A stretch of DNA of 64,000 bases from a virus, in the IMG/VR virus record IMGVR_UViG_3300023174_003694, positions 981 to 64,980 of that record; one strand, given 5' to 3'. Each line of letters begins with the position of its first letter. Position 1 is the first letter of the stretch. Shown here one piece after another: positions 11,170 to 21,184 of this stretch. The notes under the pieces are model-generated. The model was not told where the DNA came from, did not search any database, and saw nothing but the letters and a program-made list of their open reading frames with translations. The position numbers and the translations under genes were made by a program.

Positions 11170-12098
11170 TGTTTGGAAATTCGGAACATACCCTTTGGGT
11201 AGAAAAATATAGACCAGAGCAGTTAGACGGTTACGTAGGTAATCAAGCAATTGTAGAAAAGGTAAGGATATATCTTGAAAGTGGAGATGTTCCGCATTTA
11301 CTCCTTTATGGAACTGCAGGAACAGGTAAAACTACTCTTGCAAAATTAATTGCTAAAAATATAGATTGTGATTTGATGTATATCAATGCATCAGATGAAA
11401 ACAATGTAGATACTGTTAGAGAAAAGATTAAAAGCTTTGCTAGCACAATAGGCTTTCGTCAATGGAAATTAGTAATCCTTGACGAAGCCGACTACTTGAC
11501 TCCGAATGCACAAGCAGCTCTTCGAAATTTGATGGAAACGTTTTCGAAAACGACTCGATTTATTTTAACATGTAACTATGTTGAAAAAGTAATTGACCCA
11601 ATTCAATCACGTTGTCAAGTATTTGGTATTACTCCTCCTTCAAAGAAAGACGTTGCTATTCGTGTTAATGAGATTCTTCAAGCTGAAAAGGTTACGTTTA
11701 AGCCAGAAGACCTGGTTTCTATTATTAATGCAGGGTATCCTGATATCCGTAGGATACTTAATTCCTGCCAGCGTCAAGTAGTTAATGGCGAATTGAAAGT
11801 AGACAAGCAATCTTTAATTGCATCCAATTATATGGACAAGGTTATTGAATTGTTAGCCTCGAAGCCGGATAAAAAACAATTGTTTACTTCAATTCGTCAG
11901 TTGTTAGCAGATTCTCAAGTAAAAGACTATACAGCATTATACAGACATCTGTATGATAATTTAGATTCTTTTGCGACAGGTCACATCGCATCTATTATTC
12001 TTATCATTGCAGAAGCTCAATATCAAGATGCTTTTGCAGTTGATAAAGAAATTAATGTATGTGCTATGTTTGTAAAAATACTTAACGAAATTTACTAA
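11169..12098 (+). CDS. clamp loader ATPase subunit (RFC small subunit / T4 gp44-like AAA+)
   Basis: Walker A GTAGTGKTT, Walker B ILDEAD, SRC motif IQSRCQVF. 309 aa. Confidence 0.85.
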   Translation: MFGNSEHTLWVEKYRPEQLDGYVGNQAIVEKVRIYLESGDVPHLLLYGTAGTGKTTLAKLIAKNIDCDLMYINASDENNVDTVREKIKSFASTIGFRQWKLVILDEADYLTPNAQAALRNLMETFSKTTRFILTCNYVEKVIDPIQSRCQVFGITPPSKKDVAIRVNEILQAEKVTFKPEDLVSIINAGYPDIRRILNSCQRQVVNGELKVDKQSLIASNYMDKVIELLASKPDKKQLFTSIRQLLADSQVKDYTALYRHLYDNLDSFATGHIASIILIIAEAQYQDAFAVDKEINVCAMFVKILNEIY

Positions 12099-12100
12099 AA

Positions 12101-12490
12101 ATGTCTAGATTGAATTTTCCTGAGCCTTGGAAGAATATGAAGATTGACAGCCCAATCACTAAAACATCTCCAATAGATACCTCTGTTATTTCATTTAAAG
12201 ATCCTGCAACAGAATTAATTTTTGAAATAAATAGAGAAGGTCAAATTGTAATTGGTAAAGGATATACCCCTACAGAGGCAGCAGATATGTTTCTAGAAAG
12301 ACTTTCTGGCATAATGCCAGAATTTGTAAATTCTAAAACAGAACATTTACAAAAGGAAAATAAGGAACTATCTAGAAGAGTAAAAGAGCTTCAAGAAGAA
12401 AATCAATTGTTTGCACAAGCTAATAATGATTTAGTAATGGTAGCTCAAGCTTGGAGAGAAAATGTTATGCAATTAGAACAAAATAGATAA
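12101..12490 (+). CDS. hypothetical protein (positional analogue of clamp-loader subunit gp62; coiled-coil C-terminus)
   Basis: Tightly coupled downstream of the clamp loader. C-terminal heptad repeat ENKELSRRVKELQEENQLFAQ. Confidence 0.25.
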   Translation: MSRLNFPEPWKNMKIDSPITKTSPIDTSVISFKDPATELIFEINREGQIVIGKGYTPTEAADMFLERLSGIMPEFVNSKTEHLQKENKELSRRVKELQEENQLFAQANNDLVMVAQAWRENVMQLEQNR

Positions 12491-12494
12491 TATT

Positions 12495-12881
12495 ATGAAA
12501 CGACTAATTAAATTTTTTACTAATCTATTTAGTAAAAAACAAGAAGAGCCTGTACGTGAGCCTATGTTCACTCCAGAAGAAGGAATTAATGTAAATTACA
12601 TATTAGAAAGTCCAGAGCGTTTGCAAGAGTTAATGACATATCAAGCAGATCCGACTTTAAGAGATTATTCTAAATTTAATGTAACTAAAGAAACAGTTGT
12701 AGATTCAGAGCCAGTTAAATTAAAAAAAGCTGTTGCTGAAGCATGGGATGGTGTATGTTTAACTAGAGTATCTGGAGAAGCTCAAATTGAAATGGCAAAT
12801 ATTGCAAAAGCAGATATACAAAGACAAATCGACCTTAACAATAAAATACAAAAAGGTATATTCAAAGCAAACAAAAAATAA
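12495..12881 (+). CDS. hypothetical protein
   Basis: 128-aa ORF with consistent coding density. No recognisable motif. Confidence 0.3.
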   Translation: MKRLIKFFTNLFSKKQEEPVREPMFTPEEGINVNYILESPERLQELMTYQADPTLRDYSKFNVTKETVVDSEPVKLKKAVAEAWDGVCLTRVSGEAQIEMANIAKADIQRQIDLNNKIQKGIFKANKK

Positions 12882-12888
12882 TAATACA

Positions 12889-13119
12889 ATGCAAAAACAA
12901 CCAGTCGGGGCTCAAGGCCCAAAGATAGATATCACAAAGACAATTCCAATTTTATGTGATAATGAAGAATGTGATAATGATATGTTTATAAAAGCAATGA
13001 AATTTAGAAAAGTTTCAAAGCTTATAACAGGTCAACCTCAAGATGGAATTCTTCCTATAGAAGTTTATATGTGCACTGCGTGTGGTAATGTTAATAAAGA
13101 ATTTGATTTAAGTGTCTAA
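12889..13119 (+). CDS. small zinc-ribbon protein
   Basis: ATG at 12889 just after the previous stop, same frame as the track ORF 12787. CDNEECDND...CTACGN gives two Cys pairs. Confidence 0.4.
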   Translation: MQKQPVGAQGPKIDITKTIPILCDNEECDNDMFIKAMKFRKVSKLITGQPQDGILPIEVYMCTACGNVNKEFDLSV

Positions 13120-13588
13120 ACCAAAATCAACAGGAACCGGGGCAGCTTCTATCTTTGACCATATGTCAAACTTAACAGATAAGAAGAAGCCTTGGCATTC
13201 TATTAGCGAAGCTGATCAAAAGTCATTTACTCCATTTATTATTAATAGATGGTTGTCTATGAATATGGATTTTATCGAAGTAATTAATGAATTGCAAAGA
13301 TATACAATAGGTCAAATATCGCCGGCAGAAACCTATAAATTGTATTACGAGTTTCTTCCTAAACAAAGACAATTCAATAAGTACATTAAAGGTAAGAAGG
13401 CTGATAAATACAGCACAGAGTTAGTCGAATTACTGTCACAGCACTTCTGTGTGAGTGAAAAAGAAGCTACGGAATATATAGAGCTCTTGGAGTCTACTAA
13501 CGTTGGAGAGATTCGTTCCATAGTTAAATTGTATGGAAAGTCAGATAAAGAAATAGACAATTTATTAAAGCCGAAGGTTGCAAAATGA
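13112..13588 (+). CDS. hypothetical protein (start uncertain: GTG 13112 or ATG 13166)
   Basis: 158-aa ORF. No motif recognised. Confidence 0.3.
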   Translation: MSKPKSTGTGAASIFDHMSNLTDKKKPWHSISEADQKSFTPFIINRWLSMNMDFIEVINELQRYTIGQISPAETYKLYYEFLPKQRQFNKYIKGKKADKYSTELVELLSQHFCVSEKEATEYIELLESTNVGEIRSIVKLYGKSDKEIDNLLKPKVAK

Positions 13589-14244
13589 TAATATCAATTA
13601 CAGGTAAAATAGGTAGCGGTAAAGATACCGTTGCACAAATTATACAAGAATGTACTCCATACCACAAATGGGAAATTCAAAAGTGGGCAGGTAAACTTAA
13701 AACAATTGCAGAAATAGTTTCAGGTATACCAAAAGAAAAATTTGAAGATCAAGATTTTAAATATACTAATCTTCCTGAATGTTGGGACAGACAAGTTCAG
13801 TCTGGTAGATATAAAACTACTCAATCAATGACAGTGCGAGATCTTCTTCAATTGTTAGGCACTGAAGCAATGCGTAACGGATTACATGAGAATGTATGGG
13901 TGAATGCTTTGATGTCAGATTATAAATCTACTCATTATTTAGTAGGGGCATTAGAAACTGAATTATCGGAAGAATCTGCAGTATATCCAAATTGGATTAT
14001 TACTGACACTAGATTTCCAAATGAATTAAAAGCTGTTCAAGATCAAAAAGGAATCACTATTAAAGTGCATAGACCAGGCAGAAAGACAGATGGCAAACAA
14101 GCTCAACACGCTTCAGAGATTGCACTAGATCATGTAACAGATTGGGACTATGTAATTTCCAATGATGGAGATTTAAGTGACTTAAAAAACAAAGTATATG
14201 AAATTTTAGAAGCTGAAAAGTTGCTAATATTTGCTGGGTTATAA
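13585..14244 (+). CDS. deoxynucleoside monophosphate kinase (T4 gp1-like dNMP kinase)
   Basis: P-loop ISITGKIGSGKDT near the N-terminus, as in T4 gp1 (GVKRSGKDT). ~220 aa. Confidence 0.6.
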   Translation: MIISITGKIGSGKDTVAQIIQECTPYHKWEIQKWAGKLKTIAEIVSGIPKEKFEDQDFKYTNLPECWDRQVQSGRYKTTQSMTVRDLLQLLGTEAMRNGLHENVWVNALMSDYKSTHYLVGALETELSEESAVYPNWIITDTRFPNELKAVQDQKGITIKVHRPGRKTDGKQAQHASEIALDHVTDWDYVISNDGDLSDLKNKVYEILEAEKLLIFAGL

Positions 14245-14294
14245 TTAGGTTCTTACAATAGAATTACTTATCTTTATAAAATAAATTAGTAAGT

Positions 14295-15245
14295 ATGGGA
14301 GTAAGTGCATTAGGTCAATTGTTTAAAGCAGTTGTGCCAGAAAAGAAAGAAGGCGATAAAACGATATCGTATAGTCAGTTTGCAATGTGGAGTTCATGTC
14401 CACAGAAATGGAAATTGAATTATGTAGATAGAGTTCGATTAGGAGGTCCTTCAATACATATGGTATTTGGTACTGCCTTTCACGAGACTATACAATGGTA
14501 CTTACATATTATGTTCACTAAATCTATTAAGGAAGCAGATCGACTTAATTTATCAGAATGCTTACACGAGCAAATGATTCAAAATTATATGTTAGAAGTT
14601 TCCAATTTAGAAGGTGTGCATTTTTCAAATCCGCAAGAATTGCAAGAATTTTATTTAGATGGACTTGCAATTCTTGATTGGATTAAAAGACATAGAGGAG
14701 CTTACTTCTCTAATCAAACTCATGAATTGGTAGGAATTGAAATTCCACTTTACACTCAAGCGTCTGAAGATAATGAAAAAGTTATCATGAATGGGTTCTT
14801 GGATATTGTATTACGTGAAAAGGCAACTGGTAAGATACTTATTATTGACTTTAAAACGAGTACTAAAGGTTGGAATCAATATGCGAAAGCAGATAAAACC
14901 AAAGCTTCTCAATTGGTATTGTATAAGTCTTACTTTGCAAAACAATATGGGTATGATGAAGAGTCAATTGATATTAAGTATTTCATTGTAAAAAGAAAGC
15001 TTATTGAAGGGTTTATGTACCCACAAAAAAGAGTTCAAGAGTTTGTTCCAGCTTCAGGTAAGCCTACTAGAAATAAATTACAAAAAGAAATTGCAAATTT
15101 TGTAGCTACTAGTTTCAATGCAGACGGTTCTTATAATGACGCTGCAGTTCATCCTGCTATTGGATTAGCTGGATTAAAAAATTGTAGATGGTGTGAGTTT
15201 GCAAATAGAGAAGATTTATGTCCTAAAGATAAAAGAATAAAATGA
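14295..15245 (+). CDS. PD-(D/E)XK nuclease, Cas4/RecB-like with C-terminal Cys cluster
   Basis: LDIVLRE...ILIIDFKTS fits the D...(D/E)xK core. N-terminal Cys (WSSCPQKW) plus C-terminal CRWCEFANREDLC is the Cas4-type four-Cys Fe-S arrangement. Confidence 0.6.
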   Translation: MGVSALGQLFKAVVPEKKEGDKTISYSQFAMWSSCPQKWKLNYVDRVRLGGPSIHMVFGTAFHETIQWYLHIMFTKSIKEADRLNLSECLHEQMIQNYMLEVSNLEGVHFSNPQELQEFYLDGLAILDWIKRHRGAYFSNQTHELVGIEIPLYTQASEDNEKVIMNGFLDIVLREKATGKILIIDFKTSTKGWNQYAKADKTKASQLVLYKSYFAKQYGYDEESIDIKYFIVKRKLIEGFMYPQKRVQEFVPASGKPTRNKLQKEIANFVATSFNADGSYNDAAVHPAIGLAGLKNCRWCEFANREDLCPKDKRIK

Positions 15246-15703
15246 TAAACAAGTACAAAGTCATGAATTCATTAAGTTCAGACCCAGACAGAATCAAGAT
15301 TGCAATTATAGGGTCTAGAGAATACGAGAATAAAAGAAAAATAAGAGATATGATTTTCAAACTTAAACAAACGTTTGGAGATAAATTAGAAATTATATCA
15401 GGTGGTTGCCCTTCAGGAGCTGATAAGTATGCTAAAAAGTATTCTATCGAGCTAGGAGTTAATTATAGAGAATTCAATCCTGCGCATACTGTAAAGAATT
15501 TATATTCAGTGATGCCAGATTCATATTATAGTAAGCCTTTTCATACTACTCAATTCTTTCATAGAAATGAGTTGATTGCAAAGTATTGTGATAAAATGGT
15601 TGCCTTCATAGATTCTAATGTAGCATCTAAAGGTTCAAATCATGCCGTGACAATGGCACAAAAACATTCAAAGCCTGTTGTTATTGTAAATGAAAAATCT
15701 TAA
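15242..15703 (+). CDS. DprA/Smf-like Rossmann (SLOG superfamily, DUF2493-like) protein
   Basis: IAIIGSREY...ISGGCPSGADKYAKKYSIELG resembles the DprA/SLOG GxxxGxDxxA nucleotide-binding loop. Confidence 0.35.
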   Translation: MINKYKVMNSLSSDPDRIKIAIIGSREYENKRKIRDMIFKLKQTFGDKLEIISGGCPSGADKYAKKYSIELGVNYREFNPAHTVKNLYSVMPDSYYSKPFHTTQFFHRNELIAKYCDKMVAFIDSNVASKGSNHAVTMAQKHSKPVVIVNEKS

Positions 15704-15711
15704 TTAAATAT

Positions 15712-15849
15712 ATGATCAAATCTAAAATTTCTGAAATTCCTGTTAAAAAGACTTTTACGTGTTTGGATTGTGGACACAAATACACAATTAAATTGGCTAA
15801 AAAAGTCAAAACAGTTCCTCCTAAATATTGTAAAAATTGTAGTCGATAA
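15712..15849 (+). CDS. small zinc-ribbon protein (45 aa)
   Basis: CLDCGH...CKNC gives two CxxC pairs. Fills the gap between flanking genes. Not in the ORF track because it is under 60 aa. Confidence 0.35.
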   Translation: MIKSKISEIPVKKTFTCLDCGHKYTIKLAKKVKTVPPKYCKNCSR

Positions 15850-15874
15850 AGTATCGATAATCATAAGAATTACA

Positions 15875-15896
15875 TATTTATATTAAATTAATAAAG
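15875..15896 (+). promoter_or_regulatory. second recurrent upstream motif ATATTTATATTAAATTAATAAA (consensus ATATTTATATTAAATAA)
   Basis: Representative copy. Similar copies at 1788..1803, 2855..2870, 29495..29510, 34456..34470, 36467..36486, 43489..43508, 46939..46959, 48614..48628 and 59921..59940, each 5-65 nt upstream of a start codon. Confidence 0.4.
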
Positions 15897-15910
15897 GTTA
15901 AATTAAGGTT

Positions 15911-17293
15911 ATGTCAAAAAAGAAAAAGATACTACTACTATCGGATGACTTACGTATGCATTCAGGAATTGCAACTATGTCCCGTGAAATTGTCTTAAAC
16001 TCTGTAAAAGAATTTGATTGGATACAATTAGGCGCTGGAATTAATCATCCAGACGCTGGAAAGGTATTTGATTTATCAGCTGACACAATACAGCATACAG
16101 GAGTTGAAGACGCTAGCGTAAAAATTTATTGTTTCAATGATTATGGAAACCAAGAAGTATTAAGAGAATTAATACAACTTGAAAAGCCAGATGCTGTATT
16201 GCACTTTACAGATCCTAGATTTTGGGGTTGGTTATATGCAATGGAGCATGAATTGCGTCAAATGATGCCATTGATGTATTATACAATTTGGGACGATACT
16301 CCATATCCAATGTATAATCGACCATATTACGAATCATGTGATTTGTTAATGTGCATTTCAAAACAAACTCACAATATCGTTAAACAAGTATTAAAAGGAG
16401 CTGGTTATGAAGATTGGCAAATTACTTATACTCCACACGGTATTAATCACAAACAATTCTTCCCAATTACAGAATCTCATGAGCAATGGAATGAGTTTGC
16501 AGAATATAAAAAGAATATAATTCCTGAAGGCACTGAATTTACTATATTCCATAACGCTAGAAACATTAGAAGGAAGCATACTTCAGATTTAATATTAGCT
16601 TATAAAGAATTTTGTGATTCTCTGCCAAAAGAAAAAGCAGACAAATGTTTATTGCTGTTTCATACAGAACCAGCTGAAGAAGCAGGTACGGATTTAGTTG
16701 CAGTAATTAAAGAACTTTGTCCAATGTATAAAGTAAAGTTTACTCCTTCAAGAATAGTATCAACTAAAGAATTAAACTTCCTTTACAATATGTCAGACAT
16801 TTCTGCTAATATTGCTTCTAATGAAGGATTTGGATTAGGAACAGCTGAAGCTGTAATGGCAGGTACTCCTATAGTAGTTAATGTAACAGGAGGTCTTCAA
16901 GATCAATGTGGATTCAAGAAAGAAGACGGTACTTATTTAACTGCAGATGATTATTGTGATGAATTTCAAACTAATGCAGAAGGTAGATATAAAGATTGTG
17001 GTGAATGGGCTAAACCTACTTTTCCAGCAGTAAGAACTCTTCAAGGTTCTATTCCTACGCCATATATCTTCGATGACATTGCGTCTTATAAAGATACTGG
17101 ATTGAAATTTAAAGAATGGTATGATACTTCACATGAAGAAAGAGAACGAGTAGGTCAATTAGGTAGAGAGCATTACTTAAAACCAGAAGTTGGATTATCA
17201 GCTGAATCAATGGGTAACAATGTTATAGAGCATGTTAATACCTGTTTTGCAAATTGGAAACCTAGAAAACGAACAGAATTTATAAAAATATAG
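15911..17293 (+). CDS. glycosyltransferase, GT4-like
   Basis: N-terminal KILLLSDDLRMHSGIATM. C-terminal NEGFGLGTAEAVMAGTPIVVN is a GT4 EX7E-type block. Preceded by the ATATTTATATTAAATTAATAAA motif. Confidence 0.6.
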   Translation: MSKKKKILLLSDDLRMHSGIATMSREIVLNSVKEFDWIQLGAGINHPDAGKVFDLSADTIQHTGVEDASVKIYCFNDYGNQEVLRELIQLEKPDAVLHFTDPRFWGWLYAMEHELRQMMPLMYYTIWDDTPYPMYNRPYYESCDLLMCISKQTHNIVKQVLKGAGYEDWQITYTPHGINHKQFFPITESHEQWNEFAEYKKNIIPEGTEFTIFHNARNIRRKHTSDLILAYKEFCDSLPKEKADKCLLLFHTEPAEEAGTDLVAVIKELCPMYKVKFTPSRIVSTKELNFLYNMSDISANIASNEGFGLGTAEAVMAGTPIVVNVTGGLQDQCGFKKEDGTYLTADDYCDEFQTNAEGRYKDCGEWAKPTFPAVRTLQGSIPTPYIFDDIASYKDTGLKFKEWYDTSHEERERVGQLGREHYLKPEVGLSAESMGNNVIEHVNTCFANWKPRKRTEFIKI

Positions 17294-17295
17294 TT

Positions 17296-18606
17296 ATGAG
17301 TAAACCAGTATTAGTATTTCAAGCTCCGGTAGGTACTCGATCAGGTTATGGTGAAAGATCCCGTGATTTAGTTAGAGCTCTTATTGCATTAGACAAGTTT
17401 GATATTAAAATAGTAAGCACTCGTTGGGGAGCGACTCCAATGAATGCATTGACAGAATTAGACACTGACATTCTAGATAGAATATTAGTCGGTAATTTAT
17501 CACAGCAGCCAGAAATATTTATGCAAGTAACAGTGCCTAATGAATTTCAAAAAGTTGGAAAGTACAACATTGGAGTGACTGCAGGTATTGAAACTAATTT
17601 ATGTGATCATACTTGGTTAGAAGGCTGTAACAAAATGGATTTAGTTTTAGCTTCTTCTGAACACGCCAAAGCTGTATTTGAAGGAACTACCTTTGATAAG
17701 AAGGATAGCAGAACAGGTCAAATTGTAGAAACACTTAAATTAACTACTCCTGTAGAAGTTTTATTTGAAGGTATTAGATTAGATACTTTTCAAAAGAAAT
17801 ATACGGCAGAAGCTAATGTAGCTGAAATCTTTGATCAAATTCCTGAAGATTTTTGTTTTCTATTTGTAGGTCATTGGTTGCCAGGCGATTTAGGAGAAGA
17901 TAGAAAAAATGTAGGAGGTATGATTAAAACCTTTTATGAATCATTTAAAAATAAAGCTAAAGCGCCTGCCTTAGTATTAAAGACTTCAGGAGGTACGATA
18001 TCAGTATCTGATAAAATTGTTTTAGCAGAAAAAATAAATGCTATCAAAGCCACTATTGACTCTAAAAATTTACCTAATGTATATTTAGCGTATGGAGATT
18101 TCACAGATAAAGAACTTAATGATTTATACAATCATCCTAAAGTAAAAGCTCACGTTTCATTTACAAAAGGAGAAGGATTTGGTAGACCTTTAATTGAAGC
18201 TGCATTAACAGGTAAGCCTATTATCACTACGAATTGGTCAGGTCATTTAGATTTCTTAAAACCAGATTCGTCAGTGTTACTAAATGGTACTATGACAAGA
18301 GTTCATCATTCAGCTGCATGGAAAGGAGTTTTAAATTTAGAATCTGAATGGTTTACTGTAGATTATGGGCAAGCGTCTGCATATATGAAAGACGTGTTTA
18401 AAGAATATAAAAAGTATTTAGAAAAATCTAGAAAGACTTATCATCATATTAAAACTAATTTTTCTTTTGAAGCTATGACTGAAAAAGTAGGAGCTATTTT
18501 AGATTCTAGACTTCCTGAATTTCCAAAGCAAGTTCAGCTAAAACTACCTCAATTGAAAAAAATTGAATTACCTAAACTTAAAAAAGTTGAGCCAGTTGAA
18601 AATTAG
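17296..18606 (+). CDS. glycosyltransferase, GT4-like
   Basis: GEGFGRPLIEAALTGKPIITTN matches the GT4 EX7E motif. Confidence 0.6.
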   Translation: MSKPVLVFQAPVGTRSGYGERSRDLVRALIALDKFDIKIVSTRWGATPMNALTELDTDILDRILVGNLSQQPEIFMQVTVPNEFQKVGKYNIGVTAGIETNLCDHTWLEGCNKMDLVLASSEHAKAVFEGTTFDKKDSRTGQIVETLKLTTPVEVLFEGIRLDTFQKKYTAEANVAEIFDQIPEDFCFLFVGHWLPGDLGEDRKNVGGMIKTFYESFKNKAKAPALVLKTSGGTISVSDKIVLAEKINAIKATIDSKNLPNVYLAYGDFTDKELNDLYNHPKVKAHVSFTKGEGFGRPLIEAALTGKPIITTNWSGHLDFLKPDSSVLLNGTMTRVHHSAAWKGVLNLESEWFTVDYGQASAYMKDVFKEYKKYLEKSRKTYHHIKTNFSFEAMTEKVGAILDSRLPEFPKQVQLKLPQLKKIELPKLKKVEPVEN

Positions 18607-19231
18607 TTACGCGATAACAGTATGTAATGAAATAGAAGAGATCAAGAAATTGGTCTCTTTTATGTTATCTACTAAAAGAAATCAAGATGAAATAGTAATT
18701 CAACAAGATGAATTAACTAACCCTTCAATGGATACAGTAGCAGTACAAAATTATATTAATGATTTAATATTTGAAGATAAAATTAAATTTGTGAGCTGTG
18801 CATTAAATAATGACTTCGCTGCATTTAAAAATAACTTAACTGACAATTGTAGTGGAGATTACATTTTTCAAATAGATGCTGATGAAATGCCTAGCGAAGA
18901 ATTAATTGCTAACATTCCTTATATTTTAGAAGTAAATAGAGATGTAGATGTATTTCTTGTACCAAGAATCAATACGGTAGAAGGACTTACTCACGACCAT
19001 ATCCGACAATGGAGATGGAATGTAAACGAGAAAGGCTGGGTGAACTTTCCAGACTATCAATGGAGAATCTATAGAAATGCTCCTAGCATAAAATGGAAGA
19101 ATAAAGTTCATGAAGTAATTCAAGGGCATAAAACCTCCACGCTACTTCCAGCAGAAGAATCATATTGTCTGTATCATCCAAAAACAATTGATAGACAAGA
19201 AAAACAAAACAACTATTATGACACACTCTAG
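18563..19231 (+). CDS. glycosyltransferase family 2 (start overlaps upstream gene; ATG 18563 or TTG ~18590)
   Basis: ISYAITVCNEIEEI is the GT2 N-terminal block. QIDADEMP is a DxD motif. Confidence 0.55.
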   Translation: MNYLNLKKLSQLKISYAITVCNEIEEIKKLVSFMLSTKRNQDEIVIQQDELTNPSMDTVAVQNYINDLIFEDKIKFVSCALNNDFAAFKNNLTDNCSGDYIFQIDADEMPSEELIANIPYILEVNRDVDVFLVPRINTVEGLTHDHIRQWRWNVNEKGWVNFPDYQWRIYRNAPSIKWKNKVHEVIQGHKTSTLLPAEESYCLYHPKTIDRQEKQNNYYDTL

Positions 19232-20075
19232 TCCACTAACTCATTGTATTTCTACCTACAATAACCTACCATACTTAAAGTTAGCAGTAGAGTCAGTAAG
19301 GAAGAACTCTTTTTATAAAGACGCTCCTTTTATAATTCACGCAGAAAATTGCACAGATGGTACTAATGAATGGCTAGCTGAAAATGCAGAAACATATAAT
19401 ATTACATATTACATAGATACTCACTCTGAAGCTACTAAAGGAATTGGGGGCGGAATGAATTTTTGTGCTGATAAAGTAGAAACTGAATACATCAATTTCC
19501 TTCATTCAGATTTTTATGTAACTAAGGATTGGGATATAGAATTACTAAAAATTCATGAAAAGTATCCTGAAGAAACCCTATGGGTCAATTCATATAGAAT
19601 AGAACCTAATATGTTTAATTCTCCTCAAAGATACGGTACGCTATTAATAGATAAAGATATTTTTGGATGTTATCATGATAATTTTTTAGCTCAAGCTCTA
19701 GAGAATTGGATTGAAGAGTTTAAAGAAATAAATGACTATTTTGAAATTCCAAAAGGAGAAGGAGTTTCGGGTTTAGTAAAGAAATCTGTATGGGATGAAG
19801 TAGGAGGAAACGATCCAAGATTCGCACCAACATCTTGGGATGATATGGATTTATTCTTAAGAATGTTAAATCATGGAGTAAGATTTGTACTTCCATTTTC
19901 ATCTATAGTATGGCACTTTGGAGCAAGAGGTTCGCACAGATTAGAAGAAAATGACGGTCAGTCATCTCAAAGACAAAAAGACGCAGAACAAAAAAATGTA
20001 ATGAAATGGTTGGATAAATGGAAAGAAATGCCTATATTTAACGAGTTCGGAATGATACAACAATTTAAGCAATGA
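19188..20075 (+). CDS. glycosyltransferase family 2 (alternative start ATG 19218)
   Basis: HCISTYNNLPYLKLAVESV is the GT2 N-terminal block. FLHSDF is DxD-like. Confidence 0.5.
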   Translation: MIDKKNKTTIMTHSSPLTHCISTYNNLPYLKLAVESVRKNSFYKDAPFIIHAENCTDGTNEWLAENAETYNITYYIDTHSEATKGIGGGMNFCADKVETEYINFLHSDFYVTKDWDIELLKIHEKYPEETLWVNSYRIEPNMFNSPQRYGTLLIDKDIFGCYHDNFLAQALENWIEEFKEINDYFEIPKGEGVSGLVKKSVWDEVGGNDPRFAPTSWDDMDLFLRMLNHGVRFVLPFSSIVWHFGARGSHRLEENDGQSSQRQKDAEQKNVMKWLDKWKEMPIFNEFGMIQQFKQ

Positions 20076-20620
20076 TAAACGAAACAGAATTAAACTTAAT
20101 AGATCTCTCTAATAATGCACATCTAATTAATGAAGATGAGTATAGAAATTATTATCTAGGAAATCCAGGACAGGAACATTATAAATTATTAGCATATTAT
20201 AGCACACAATTTAATGATTCTGTTTTATTGGACATAGGCACGTATAAAGGATGTTCAGCTCTAGCGCTAGCTCACAATCCAACTAATCAAGTAAAATCCT
20301 TTGACATTAATTTTGGACTTAGAAATATTTCAGATTATCCAGATAATATAGAATTCATAGTTGATAATATTATTAATAAAGAATATGAATCTTTAATATT
20401 ATCAAGTAAGTTTATTATATTAGATACAGACCACCTAGGTGAATTTGAACATGAATTTTATAAACATTTAAAAACTATAGGATATAAAGGAATCCTATTA
20501 TTAGATGATATTTATCTAAATCATCAAATGACGGAATTTTGGAATTTTATCACAGACGAAAAACATGATATCAGTAATATAGGCCACCATTCAGGCACAG
20601 GCTTAGTAATTTTAAAATAA
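20072..20620 (+). CDS. class I SAM-dependent methyltransferase-like (CmcI/TylF family)
   Basis: LLDIGTYKGCSALALA resembles the Rossmann SAM motif I (LEIGTxxGxSA). LLDDIYL is acidic motif-like. Confidence 0.45.
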   Translation: MINETELNLIDLSNNAHLINEDEYRNYYLGNPGQEHYKLLAYYSTQFNDSVLLDIGTYKGCSALALAHNPTNQVKSFDINFGLRNISDYPDNIEFIVDNIINKEYESLILSSKFIILDTDHLGEFEHEFYKHLKTIGYKGILLLDDIYLNHQMTEFWNFITDEKHDISNIGHHSGTGLVILK

Positions 20621-20626
20621 AAACAA

Positions 20627-21184
20627 ATGGATCATTTTTTAAAAGTAGACGGAGTAATTGCAGCACAGACTCCTAAAATAGAACCTGCATTTAATTCAAT
20701 ACTAAATGATTTTTCTACAATTGTAGAAATAGGATTTCACAGAGGTGCACTATCTCTTTGGTTACATAGAAATAAAAAAAATACAACTAAATTAGTTTGT
20801 TATGATATTACTTTTCAACCTAAAGAAATTAATAATGATGCTATAGATTTTCGTCAAGGCGATTGTTTTGATCAACAAATTATGAACGAGATTAAAGCAT
20901 TAATACAAGCTCCAGGTAAAACGTTATTGTTATGTGACGGAGGTCATAAAGAAAAAGAATTTGAAGTATATGCACCTTTCCTTAAACAAGGAGATGTAAT
21001 TATGTGCCATGATTATGCTCATGATGAAGCTGACTATGCAGCAGTTATGGAAGCTATAGGATGGAAAACAGCTGCTGAATCAAGTTATGTAAATATTGCT
21101 CAAGCAGTTAATGATAACAATTTAGAGCCTTACAATTACGACATGTTTAAAAACGCACTTTGGGGTTCTTTTATTAAAAAATAA
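20627..21184 (+). CDS. class I SAM-dependent methyltransferase-like (CmcI/TylF macrocin-O-methyltransferase family)
   Basis: VEIGFHRGALSLW is motif I. LLLCDGGHKE matches the family's DGDH metal/substrate block. Confidence 0.5.
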   Translation: MDHFLKVDGVIAAQTPKIEPAFNSILNDFSTIVEIGFHRGALSLWLHRNKKNTTKLVCYDITFQPKEINNDAIDFRQGDCFDQQIMNEIKALIQAPGKTLLLCDGGHKEKEFEVYAPFLKQGDVIMCHDYAHDEADYAAVMEAIGWKTAAESSYVNIAQAVNDNNLEPYNYDMFKNALWGSFIKK

